Positions 1-8,857 of a stretch of 64,000 nucleotides of DNA are shown piece by piece. The translations under genes were made by a program, and so were the position numbers. The notes under the pieces were generated by a model, which was given only the letters and a program-made list of their open reading frames with translations, was not told where the DNA came from and searched no databases. Origin of the DNA: Polyangiales bacterium (GTDB taxonomy: Bacteria; Myxococcota_A; Polyangia; Polyangiales; Ga0077539); the NCBI GenBank assembly GCA_044229975.1, contig JBGARZ010000016.1, positions 64,001-128,000 on the forward strand, written 5' to 3'. Each line of letters starts with the position of its first letter. Position 1 is the first letter of the stretch.

Positions 1-1241
1 CCTACCAGTTCAACCCGCTGTCCAACGTCGGGGTGTTCTCCAACGACGCGTCGCTGCTCGTGCCCACCAACTCGCTGCGCGGCAGCTATCGCTTCCTCGG
101 ATACCCGCAGCAGTACGCGCGCACCACCGACCCGGTGACCAACGGCGGTGAGTCGTATCGGGCGTTCATGACCGTCGTCGGGACGCGCGCCGACACCCGC
201 GTGCGCGTGACGCCGACGGCCGACATCGTCGCGGGCGGCCCCTTCCGCGAGCGCCACCCCGCGGGGACGCCCTTCGAGGTGATCCTCCACCCCTTCGACG
301 TGCTCAACCTGGAGACCGACGCCTTCCTCGCCGACTTCACCGGCAGCGTCATCAGCGCCGACGGCCCCGTCGCCGTCTTCTCCGGAACCGAGTGCAGCAA
401 CGTCCCCTTCTGGAGCGACCTCGCCGACCGTCAGGCCGCCTGCGACCACCTGGAGACGCAGCTCTTCCCCATCGAGACCGTGGGCCAGGGGTACGTCGCC
501 TCGCGCACGCCATCGCGCAGCCGCGCCGTCACCCGCGCAGGCGTGACGGTGACCGAGAGCAACGAGCCCGAGTGGTTTCGCGTGCTCAACGTCTCCTCAC
601 GCATCGTGCATGTCACCACCACGTTGCCCGAAGACCTCGGCGACCCCGGCGGCCCCACCGTCACCTTCGATCTCGACGAGGGCGCCCACCGCGACATCCG
701 CGCGCTCGCCGACTTCCAGCTCCGCGGCGATGCGCCCATCGCGGTCGCGCAGCTCCAGGGGTCGCAGTCCAACACGGGCGTTCCCTTCCCCCTGCCGGGC
801 GGCGACCCGTCGTTGTTGATCGTTCCGCCCGTCGAGCAGTGGCGCGCCGACTACGTCTTCCTCACACCCGATCGGTACAGCTTCGACTTCGTTCAGGTCG
901 TCGCGCGCCCCGACCTGCGCGTGACCCTCGACGGCGTCGACGTGGCCGACCTCACCGACTGTGCCCGCAGCCGCTCGGATGGCTGCATCGAGACCCCGAT
1001 GCACGCGTGCGCAACACCCCGCTACGTCACATGGCGCTGCCAGCTCTCGTTTCCCCGCATCGACGACAGCGTGTCACCGCCGCGCGTGACCCCCGGTCGC
1101 CAGAACGACGGCGTCCACGTCGTCCACTCCGAGGCCCCTGAAGGAACACCCCCCGAAGGCGTCATGGTCCTCGTCTCCGGCTTCGACGAGCGCGTCTCCT
1201 ACGCGTACACGGGCGGCACCAACCTCGTCCCCGTTCGCTGA
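1..1241 (+). CDS. IgGFc-binding protein N-terminal-domain family protein (5'-truncated by window edge)
   Basis: Frame is open from base 3 (YQFNPLSNVGVFSNDASLLVP). The motifs CDHLETQLFP, GDPSLLIVPPVEQW and VSYAYTGG are typical of myxobacterial IgGFc-binding proteins. Confidence 0.8.
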   Translation, partial: YQFNPLSNVGVFSNDASLLVPTNSLRGSYRFLGYPQQYARTTDPVTNGGESYRAFMTVVGTRADTRVRVTPTADIVAGGPFRERHPAGTPFEVILHPFDVLNLETDAFLADFTGSVISADGPVAVFSGTECSNVPFWSDLADRQAACDHLETQLFPIETVGQGYVASRTPSRSRAVTRAGVTVTESNEPEWFRVLNVSSRIVHVTTTLPEDLGDPGGPTVTFDLDEGAHRDIRALADFQLRGDAPIAVAQLQGSQSNTGVPFPLPGGDPSLLIVPPVEQWRADYVFLTPDRYSFDFVQVVARPDLRVTLDGVDVADLTDCARSRSDGCIETPMHACATPRYVTWRCQLSFPRIDDSVSPPRVTPGRQNDGVHVVHSEAPEGTPPEGVMVLVSGFDERVSYAYTGGTNLVPVR

Positions 1242-1274
1242 CCCGCCGCCCCGACCGTAGGGCCCCCGGAGCCC

Positions 1275-3731
1275 TCAAGCGCCGGGGTCATCTCCTCGCA
1301 GCGCGGCGTCGGCCTCGGCGATGGACAGCACCTCCAGCCGATGCGTCCAGTGCGCCCGATCGATCTGCGCGAGGTGCGTCGCCGCCTCCGAGGCGAGGGA
1401 CGCCCGTCGCTCCGGCCGCGCCAGCGCCAGCAGCGCGAGCGACTGCACCACGACCCGCGGCAGCGGCAGCGACCGCGACCGCGCGACGAGCTGCTCCCCC
1501 TCGGACTCGTTGAAGCCCTCGCCACAGAGCATCGCCAGCGGCTGCGCGAGCTGCGCGCCCGGTGTCCACCCCGTCGACGACCATGCCCGGTACGCCCGCA
1601 CGCTCAACGCCCGCGCCAGCGCCCGGTCGCCGGCGCGCCACGCCACCGCCCCCTCGGTCAGGCACAGCAGCGCCTCCACGTCGCGCAGCCCGAGGTCGGT
1701 CACCGCGTCGACGAGGGCGCCGTCCGTCGTCGTCGCGCGGCCCGTGCGGTACGCCACCGACCGCAGGATCCACTCTGCCCGCGCCTCGTAGTATGGGTGC
1801 CGGCACCGCGCCGCCGTCTCCCGCGCCGCCTCGGCCAGCGCGCGCGCGTCGTCAAGGCGGAAGCACTCCATCGCCGCCGACGCCGCGTTGACCCGCGCGT
1901 CGAGCCGCGCCGTCGCCCACGGCTCCCACGCCGCCGCCTCGACCAGCAGCGCGGCCGCCTCCTCGAAGCGTCCCTGGCGGTAGCGCAGCCGACCGAGCGC
2001 GTTGGCTCGCAGCCCCGGGTCGCGCGCGTGCCCGGCCACCTCGTCGACCACGCGTTGCTCGCGCGAGAGCTCGGTGCGCCGCGCCGCCATCACCCGAACC
2101 ATCAGCCGCCGCCGCTCCAGCGCCGGGTCGTCGAAGGGGGCGACGGACTCGACGGTCGACAGCGCCCGGTCGCCCGCCTGGCCCAGCAGCAGCGCCGCGC
2201 GGAGCATCCCATCCAGCGCCGCCGTGCGCGCCGACGGCTCCCTCACCCGCAACAGCTCGTACACGGTGCGGTCGAGGGCGCGGGTGGTCCCGTCGGCGAG
2301 GCTCACCTCGACTCCGGCCGAGAGCACCGCGGTCTCCAACGCGCTGCCCTCCTCGCGGGCGTCTTCGGTGAGCTGTCGCACCGCCACCACGCAGGCGTCG
2401 ACCACCGCCGCCGCGCGCCCGAGGGACCCAGCCCTGCCGTGCCTCAGCGCGAGCGCGACGCCCTCCGCGGCGATGGCGCGCGCCGCCCGCATTCGCTCGT
2501 CGAACGCGCCGTGGGGCGGGGGCAGGTCGAGCAGGGCGTGCAGCCGCGCGTCGTCGTCTTCCTCGGGGTCGGGGTGGTCGCCGCTGCGGAGGGGGCGGCT
2601 CGCGCCGAAGCCCGCGGCGAGCTGGTCGAGGGCCTCGCGATCGACCACGTAGCGGTCGCCGTCGCGGCGCGCGAGGCCAGCCCGCTCCCACGCGCGCAGC
2701 TCGTCGATGACGCGGTCGCGGCGGCCGCCGGTGCGGGCGTGGAGGGCGCGGGCGGCGTCCGAGGGGAGGTGCGAGAGCCGCTCGGTGCCTGCGAAGAGCG
2801 AACGCAGCGCGTCGGCGTCGAGGTTCTCGTCGGCGGGGGCCGGGGGCACCGACGGCGTGGGGGCGGCGGCCTCGCCGCGCAGGCGCGCGATGACCTCTGC
2901 GGCCGAGGAGGGGCGGTCTTCGGGGAGGAGCGAGAGCATGGCGTCGACCACGTCTGCGACGCCCTCGGGCACCCTCGGCGCGCGCTCGCGCAGGGGCGTC
3001 GCCCGGAGGTTGACCTTCGCCCACAGCATCGAGGAGAGGGCGCTCGAGCGGGGGAGGGGCGTGTCGCCGGAGAGGGAGAGGTAGAGCATCACGCCGAGGG
3101 CGTAGAGGTCGGTGCGGGGCGTGATGACGTCGCCGCTGATCTGCTCGGGCGCGAGGTACAGCGGCGTACCGAGGATCTCCCCCGAGCCCGTCAGGTGGGC
3201 GCCGAGGGGCTCCCAGCTCGTGCCGAAGTCCAGGAGGGTGGGCCGGCCGTCGTCGCTCACCAGCACGTTGCCGGGCTTGAGGTCACGGTGGATGACCCCC
3301 GCGGCGTGGACGCGCGCCAGGGTCTCCAGCAGCGCCAGGGTGGTGGTGCACAGATCGTCCCATGCGAGGGGCTGCGGGCGGCCGGGGAAGGCCCTCCCGT
3401 CGAGGCGCTCCATCACCAGAAACACGTCGCCCTCGTCGACGCCCTCGTCGAGCAGCGCGACCACGCCGGGCACCCGCAGGCGCCGGAGCGTGGCGATCTC
3501 CCGCCGCACGCGCGCGGGCACGCTCCCGGTGAGCGAATGCAGGATCTTCACGGCCACCCGCTCGCCCGTGAGCTCGTCGCGGGCCTCCCACACCTCCGCC
3601 TGGCCGCCTTCGCCGAGCACGCGCTCCAGCACGTAGCGCCCCGCGACGACGCGCGAGGCGTAGGCCCCGCGACGGTTGTCGCGGCGGGCGGCGTCAGCGG
3701 TCGGGGTCGTCCGAGGGAGATCGTCGCGCAC
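1275..3731 (-). CDS. Ser/Thr protein kinase with C-terminal helical/TPR-like region
   Basis: GEGGQAEV, VAVK, HRDLKPGN, DFG, GTPLYLAPE; Ala/Arg-rich helical C-terminus. Confidence 0.9.
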   Translation of the reverse strand: MRDDLPRTTPTADAARRDNRRGAYASRVVAGRYVLERVLGEGGQAEVWEARDELTGERVAVKILHSLTGSVPARVRREIATLRRLRVPGVVALLDEGVDEGDVFLVMERLDGRAFPGRPQPLAWDDLCTTTLALLETLARVHAAGVIHRDLKPGNVLVSDDGRPTLLDFGTSWEPLGAHLTGSGEILGTPLYLAPEQISGDVITPRTDLYALGVMLYLSLSGDTPLPRSSALSSMLWAKVNLRATPLRERAPRVPEGVADVVDAMLSLLPEDRPSSAAEVIARLRGEAAAPTPSVPPAPADENLDADALRSLFAGTERLSHLPSDAARALHARTGGRRDRVIDELRAWERAGLARRDGDRYVVDREALDQLAAGFGASRPLRSGDHPDPEEDDDARLHALLDLPPPHGAFDERMRAARAIAAEGVALALRHGRAGSLGRAAAVVDACVVAVRQLTEDAREEGSALETAVLSAGVEVSLADGTTRALDRTVYELLRVREPSARTAALDGMLRAALLLGQAGDRALSTVESVAPFDDPALERRRLMVRVMAARRTELSREQRVVDEVAGHARDPGLRANALGRLRYRQGRFEEAAALLVEAAAWEPWATARLDARVNAASAAMECFRLDDARALAEAARETAARCRHPYYEARAEWILRSVAYRTGRATTTDGALVDAVTDLGLRDVEALLCLTEGAVAWRAGDRALARALSVRAYRAWSSTGWTPGAQLAQPLAMLCGEGFNESEGEQLVARSRSLPLPRVVVQSLALLALARPERRASLASEAATHLAQIDRAHWTHRLEVLSIAEADAALRGDDPGA

Positions 3732-3856
3732 GTCGAAGGGGCCTCCGCGGGCCCGTGAGGCTAACGGACACGGGGCCGCGGCGTCGAGGCGATGGATGCC
3801 CCGCGAACGCTTCGCGGTTGCGACGCGAACGTTGCTATCGTCCCGCCGCGACGGTC

Positions 3857-4990
3857 ATGCGTAGCCCACTCGATTCACTGGTCTCCGAAGGCATCCTCGA
3901 CGACGTGCTCGGCCGGCTGAAGAGCGGCAAGGAGGCCGACGTGTTTCGCGTCGTGTACCGCGGCGAGGTCGTGGTCGCGAAGGTCTACAAAGACCGCGAG
4001 CAGCGGAGCTTCCACAACAACTCCGACTACAAGGAAGGCCGCGCCGTCCGCAACAGCCGCACGCAGCGCGCGATGGACAAGGGCAGCCGCTTCGGCCGCG
4101 GGGAGGAAGAGGACGAGTGGAAGGCGTCCGAGGCGCGCTGCCTGCACAAGCTGCACGCGGCGGGGGTGAGGGTTCCGACGCCGGTGATGTTCTACGAGGG
4201 GGTGCTGTTGATGGAGCTGGTGACGGACGTGGACGGCCACGCGGCGCCGCGGCTCATCGACTCGCACTTCGAGCCCGTGGAGGCGGCCGGGCTCTACCGC
4301 GACCTGCGCGGGCAGGTGGTGAAGATGCTCTGCTGCGACCTCATCCACGGCGACCTGTCGCCGTACAACGTGCTGCTGGGCGGGGCGGGGCCGACCATCA
4401 TTGACTTCCCGCAGACCGTGTCGGCCGCGCACAACTCGCGGTCGGAGACCTTCTTCCGACGCGACCTCGAAGGGCTGCAACAGTTCTTCGCGCGGGTCGA
4501 CCGCGGGCTGTCGGCGTGTGAGAGCGACGCGAGGGAGATCTGGCGCGCGTACACCCGGCGGGAGCTGTCGCCGGATTTCGTTCCGGCGCCGGTGGCGAGG
4601 GAGCATCGGCCCTACCAGAACCAGTACGCGCCGCGCGGTCAGCAGGGCCCGCGGCCGGGCGGCTTCCACGGACCCCGGACGGACTACGCCGACGGCCGGG
4701 GAGGGGGCGCACCGCAGGGCGGTGGCGGCGGGCGACCGGGTGGTGGCGGCGGGCGACCGGGTGGCGGACCGCCGCAGGGGGGCGGCGGGCGACCGGGTGG
4801 TGGGCCTCCGCAGGGGCGACAGGGTCCACCGCGACCACAGGGGCCCGTGGTGACGTACGTGAAGCGCACGGGCGCACGCGAGCCGGGGCCGTCGGCCGAG
4901 CGCGCGACGACCGCACCGGCGCCACCTCCGGCGCGCGAGACGCTGCCCGACGGCAATCCCCACCGGAAGCGTCGACGCAACCGGGGGTGA
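3857..4990 (+). CDS. RIO1-family atypical protein kinase with Gly/Arg/Pro-rich tail
   Basis: LKSGKEADVF, AKVYK, IHGDLSPYNVL, IIDFPQ. ATG at 3857 is preferred over the ORF-track start. Confidence 0.9.
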   Translation: MRSPLDSLVSEGILDDVLGRLKSGKEADVFRVVYRGEVVVAKVYKDREQRSFHNNSDYKEGRAVRNSRTQRAMDKGSRFGRGEEEDEWKASEARCLHKLHAAGVRVPTPVMFYEGVLLMELVTDVDGHAAPRLIDSHFEPVEAAGLYRDLRGQVVKMLCCDLIHGDLSPYNVLLGGAGPTIIDFPQTVSAAHNSRSETFFRRDLEGLQQFFARVDRGLSACESDAREIWRAYTRRELSPDFVPAPVAREHRPYQNQYAPRGQQGPRPGGFHGPRTDYADGRGGGAPQGGGGGRPGGGGGRPGGGPPQGGGGRPGGGPPQGRQGPPRPQGPVVTYVKRTGAREPGPSAERATTAPAPPPARETLPDGNPHRKRRRNRG

Positions 4991-5005
4991 CGCGGGTGGG
5001 GCAGC

Positions 5006-5029
5006 GGGCCCACGCCGCGGCGTGGGCCC
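5006..5029. terminator. Perfect 24-bp palindrome, candidate terminator hairpin after the RIO kinase
   Basis: GGGCCCACGCCG-CGGCGTGGGCCC, 15 bp after the stop codon, between convergent genes; no U-tract. Confidence 0.5.
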
Positions 5030-5053
5030 CGGGGCAACTCGCGTTCAATCCAT

Positions 5054-5185
5054 GAGCCCAACGGTCTGCACCCGCTGCCTCAGCAGGTCCGCCCCGTTGA
5101 CCCAGCGGGTCCGACCCGCTGACCCAGCGGGTCCGACCCGCTGACCCAGCGGGTCCAACGCGCTGACCAAGCAGGCCCGCCCGCT
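5054..5185. repeat. Tandem array of a 22-bp palindromic (REP-like) unit, about 6 copies
   Basis: GACCCAGCGGGTCCGACCCGCT is exact at 5099-5120 and 5121-5142, and degenerate at 5054, 5077, 5143 and 5165. Confidence 0.85.
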
Positions 5186-5206
5186 ACCCTCGCGGGAGCC
5201 TCCCGC

Positions 5207-5572
5207 CTACCCGACGAGCGTCTCCCACGACTCCGGCCGGAAGCCCACGCGAACGGCGTCGCCCCACACCAGCACCGGGCGCTTCACCAGCTTGCCGTCG
5301 GCCGCGAGCATGCCCAGCAGCTCGCCGTCCGTCGCGGCGTCGATGCGCGCCTTGCCCAGCGCGCGGTAGCTCTGGCCGCTGGTGTTGAGCCACTTCCGTA
5401 GCGGGGTCGCGCTCGCAGCGACCCAGCGCGTGAGCTCGTCGACGCTCGGGGGCTGCTCGACGATGGGGCGCACGTCGTAGGCGACGCTGCGCGCGTCGAG
5501 CCATGCGCGGGCCTTGCGGCAGGTGTCGCAGCCCGCGTAGGCGAGCAGCACCGGGCGGGTGGTCGTTGTCAC
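5207..5572 (-). CDS. ArsC/Spx/MgsR (YffB-like) family protein
   Basis: CDTCRKARAWL, LNTSGQSYRAL, LVKRPVL, VGF; GTGA overlap with the upstream gene. Confidence 0.88.
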   Translation of the reverse strand: MTTTTRPVLLAYAGCDTCRKARAWLDARSVAYDVRPIVEQPPSVDELTRWVAASATPLRKWLNTSGQSYRALGKARIDAATDGELLGMLAADGKLVKRPVLVWGDAVRVGFRPESWETLVG

Positions 5573-7566
5573 TCGAAGGGGTTCGGGGGGACGGCGCCGT
5601 TGGGGGGCACGACCGGGCGCGGCGTCGCAGGGCGCGGCGTCGGTGCGGGCGCGGGCGTCGGTGCGGGCGCGGGCGTCGGGTCGGTCGCGGGCGCTGCCGG
5701 GCGGGGCGCAGGCGCCGGTCGCACGGCGGGTCGCGGCGCCGGTCGCACGGCGGGACGGTTGGGGCGCGCGGGCGGATCGACCTCGTTGACCACCGGGGGA
5801 GTGGGCTCCGGCGCGGCGGGCACGACGGGCGTGGGCGCGACGGGCGCGGGCAACGGAACCACCGCCTGCACCGGCGCGGGCTCCGGGGTGCGCGTCGGCT
5901 CACGCGTCGGCTCGGCGGGCGTCGGCGTCGGCTCGGCGACGCTCGGCGGCGGCGGCTGCACCGTCGGGGTCGGAACCGCCACCGGAACCTGCGGCTGCAC
6001 CACCGGCGGCGGCGGCTCACGCGCAGGCGGCGGCGCAGGCGGCGGCGCAGGCGGCGGCGGGGCGGGCGCAACGACAGGGGCCGCGGGTGTCTCGGCGGGC
6101 GTGTCGCCGCCGCGCATCATGAACGCCGCGACCGCGCCGACCACGAGCACCACGCCGATGGTGGCGTAGAGCACGATGGGGGTGCGCTTCTTCGGCGTGG
6201 CGTCGGTGTCGAAATCCACGTTGCCCGACGCGGCGCGCGGCGGGATGGGCGCCACCACCGGCGCGGGCGGAGCATCGGGCAGCGGCGTCGGGCGCGTCTC
6301 GGCGACGGACTCCTCGATGAGCGCGCCGATGGAGTCCCCGGAGCCCTTCGTCGCGGGCACGGCCGTGACGCGGGCGTCCTCGTCCACGAGGGCTGGCATC
6401 ACCGTCGTGGTGGCTGCCGCGGCCATGTCATCGCCGAGCGACATCTCGAACGACGGCGGCTCCTCGACCTTCGGCTCGGCCTTCTTCTCGGCGACGGGCT
6501 CGGCCTTCGCTTCGATCTTCGGCGCCTTCGGCGGGTCATCCGGCAGCTCGCGCATCGCGCGCAGCGCGGCGTCGATCTCCCCGCGCGACGCGCGCTGGGT
6601 GCTGTCGTCGGTCATCGCCTCGGTCATCGGGACGGTGCCCGGCGGGGGCTCGTTGCTCGGCGTCGCGAGGGCCGCGATGTCGCTCGCGGTAAACTCCAGC
6701 GTCGCCTTGATGGGGTTGGACGACCGCGAGGTGTCGCTGCCGACCGAGAGCTTCGGCACCGACGACGACGAGATCTTCGTCGACTGCGCGAGCGCCGCGG
6801 GCGGGGTGGTGGCCTTCGCGGCCTCTTCCATCGCGGGCTCCGGGGCGGCCTTCACCGCGGCCTTCACCGGCTCGATCTTCGTCTCGACGGGCTTCGTCAG
6901 CGCGGCGCGGGCGGCCGCCACGGCCTCGCGGGCTTCGGCGTCGCCCATGCCGACCATGGTGGCCTTCACCGACCCGACGGGCTTCGTGGGTTCGGCCGGC
7001 GCCGGGGTGGGCTCGGGGGACGGCTGCGACGGCGTCTTGGCGATGCGGAGCGCCTCGCCGAGCAGGGCGTTCATCTGGCGCATGACGGTCTGGTCCTGCT
7101 CGGCGGGGAGCGGGGCCGCGGGGCCGTTGCCGAAGAAGTCACCGGAGCGCGCGTCGATGCCCGACGGGGGCGCCACGCTCGGGGCCGCGGGGCGCAGGCT
7201 CTCGAAGTGGGGCCCGGCCTCTTCGCCCCCCTTGTGCACCATGATGCGCTCGATGACCTCGAAGCCCTCCTCCACCTTGAGGAAGCGAACGCCCATCCCA
7301 GGTGGCGCATCGGGCCGCGCCTCGCCCTCCTCGCGGCGCTGAACGACCCGACCCGCGGCCTTGAGCACCGGGGTCTCGTCCTTGAGCTGGATCTCGATCT
7401 TGAGCAGCTCACCCAGGGCCGGGGGCTTCGGCGTCTTGATCCACATCCCGCTGCGCGAGATGTCCTTCGCGTACTGGACGATGAAGTCTTCGAGCGTCGC
7501 GCTCTTGTACTTCACCTTCAGGGCCTTGGCCTTGACCTTGTGCTCCTTGCGCGCTTCGTCGGACAT
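5569..7566 (-). CDS. TIGR02266-like (PilZ-like) domain membrane protein with Pro-rich C-terminus
   Basis: N-terminal KVKYKSATLEDFIVQYAKDISRSGMWIKT...GMGVRF; long linker; one TM segment (IVLYATIGVVLVVGAVAAFMM); Pro-rich tail. Confidence 0.8.
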   Translation of the reverse strand: MSDEARKEHKVKAKALKVKYKSATLEDFIVQYAKDISRSGMWIKTPKPPALGELLKIEIQLKDETPVLKAAGRVVQRREEGEARPDAPPGMGVRFLKVEEGFEVIERIMVHKGGEEAGPHFESLRPAAPSVAPPSGIDARSGDFFGNGPAAPLPAEQDQTVMRQMNALLGEALRIAKTPSQPSPEPTPAPAEPTKPVGSVKATMVGMGDAEAREAVAAARAALTKPVETKIEPVKAAVKAAPEPAMEEAAKATTPPAALAQSTKISSSSVPKLSVGSDTSRSSNPIKATLEFTASDIAALATPSNEPPPGTVPMTEAMTDDSTQRASRGEIDAALRAMRELPDDPPKAPKIEAKAEPVAEKKAEPKVEEPPSFEMSLGDDMAAAATTTVMPALVDEDARVTAVPATKGSGDSIGALIEESVAETRPTPLPDAPPAPVVAPIPPRAASGNVDFDTDATPKKRTPIVLYATIGVVLVVGAVAAFMMRGGDTPAETPAAPVVAPAPPPPAPPPAPPPAREPPPPVVQPQVPVAVPTPTVQPPPPSVAEPTPTPAEPTREPTRTPEPAPVQAVVPLPAPVAPTPVVPAAPEPTPPVVNEVDPPARPNRPAVRPAPRPAVRPAPAPRPAAPATDPTPAPAPTPAPAPTPRPATPRPVVPPNGAVPPNPFE

Positions 7567-7672
7567 CGGGTCTCTCGTCTCCAGGCGTGACGGCCACGCA
7601 GACTGTCGATCGCCAATCTACCGTTGACCGGTCCCTTCCGCGAAGCCTTGGGCAAAGATCGCTCCCACAATG

Positions 7673-8269
7673 TCAGACCGACCGCCGCCCCTCCATGGCG
7701 CGCCCCAGCGTGATCGGGTCGGTGAACTCAAGGTCTCCGCCGTGCGGAACCCCGCTGGCGATGCGCGTCACGGGCACCCCCCGCGCGTGGAAGCACTCGG
7801 CCAGGTAGAGCGCCGTCGCCTCGCCCTCGACCGTCGGCGGCGTCGCGAGGATCACCTCCCGAACGCCCTCCCGCTCGACGCGTTCGAGCAGCGCTTCGAG
7901 CGGGAATTCCGCGGGCCCGACGCCCCCGAGCGGGTCGAGCAGCGCGTGCAGGATGTGGTACCGCCCCTGGAAGACCCGGGCTCGCTCGACGGCGTCGGCG
8001 TCCATGGGTCGGGCCACCACGCAGAGGAGCTCCGCCGAGCGCCTCGGGTCGTCGCAGATGGAGCACCGCACCCGGCTGGTGTAGGCGCCGCATGAGGCGC
8101 AACGCCTCACCCGATCGGCCATGGTGGCGATGCTCTCGCCGAGGGCCCGGGCGTAGTCGGGGTCGGCCCCGAGCACATGGTAGGCGATGCGCCGCGCGGA
8201 CTTCTCCCCGACCCCAGGCAGGCGGGTGAGCAACCGCACCAGCGCGTGGATCGGGTCGCCCTCGCTCAC
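7673..8269 (-). CDS. recR: Recombination mediator RecR
   Basis: HhH motif LPGVGEKSARRIA, C4 zinc finger, TOPRIM EVILAT..VEGEATALYL, VTRIASGVPHGGDLEF. Confidence 0.97.
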   Translation of the reverse strand: MSEGDPIHALVRLLTRLPGVGEKSARRIAYHVLGADPDYARALGESIATMADRVRRCASCGAYTSRVRCSICDDPRRSAELLCVVARPMDADAVERARVFQGRYHILHALLDPLGGVGPAEFPLEALLERVEREGVREVILATPPTVEGEATALYLAECFHARGVPVTRIASGVPHGGDLEFTDPITLGRAMEGRRSV

Positions 8270-8583
8270 GTGATGCCGGGGATCTTCGCGCCGCCGGTGA
8301 TCTTCTCGATCTCCTTGTCCATCGCGTCGGAGGCCATCTGGAGCGCGACGTTGGCCGCGGCCACCACGGCGTCGAGGGCCAGCTCGCGGTCGCTCGCGTA
8401 CAGCTCGGGGTCGACCTCGATGCGCACCAGCGCGCGAGAGAGGCTCGCCGTGACCTTCACCTTGTCGTTGGCGCCGGTCGCCTCGACGGTGCGATCCTTG
8501 TTTGCCTCCTTGGCCTCCTCGACCCTGCGCTGGATACGACTCGCCTGCTTCATGAGCTCGTTGATGCCGCCGCGAAACTGCAT
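8266..8583 (-). CDS. ybaB: YbaB/EbfC family nucleoid-associated protein
   Basis: MQFRGGINELMKQASRIQ...ITGGAKIPG, 105 aa, GTGA-coupled to recR. Confidence 0.92.
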   Translation of the reverse strand: MQFRGGINELMKQASRIQRRVEEAKEANKDRTVEATGANDKVKVTASLSRALVRIEVDPELYASDRELALDAVVAAANVALQMASDAMDKEIEKITGGAKIPGIT

Positions 8584-8617
8584 GTCCCTCACCTGTCTCC
8601 GACGGCCCGATCGCCGC

Positions 8618-8845
8618 GTGGCGGAGTCTCTACACCACCACGCCGTAGCCCGCACTGCCCTCTCGCTCGCCCTCTCGCTCGCCCCCGCGGTGTCCTTCGC
8701 CTGCCCGCAGTGCGCGGGCTCAGGCGCCGAGCCGACGGCGTTTCCGATGGCGCTGGCGCTGCTGGCGCTGGCCCCGTTGCTGGCGATGGTGGCGGCGGGG
8801 TGGTGGGTGGTCCGGGAGTCACACCCCGGCGAAGAGCTGGAGTAG
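8618..8845 (+). CDS. Small exported/membrane protein with CPxC motif
   Basis: Signal-like segment, then ACPQCA, then a hydrophobic helix. Start is uncertain (GTG 8618). Confidence 0.55.
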   Translation: MAESLHHHAVARTALSLALSLAPAVSFACPQCAGSGAEPTAFPMALALLALAPLLAMVAAGWWVVRESHPGEELE

Positions 8846-8857
8846 TCTGCGCGCGCC

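Noticed and set aside
5054..5185. Possible CRISPR array
   Set aside because: The units are directly adjacent with no unique spacers, and no cas genes are in the window.
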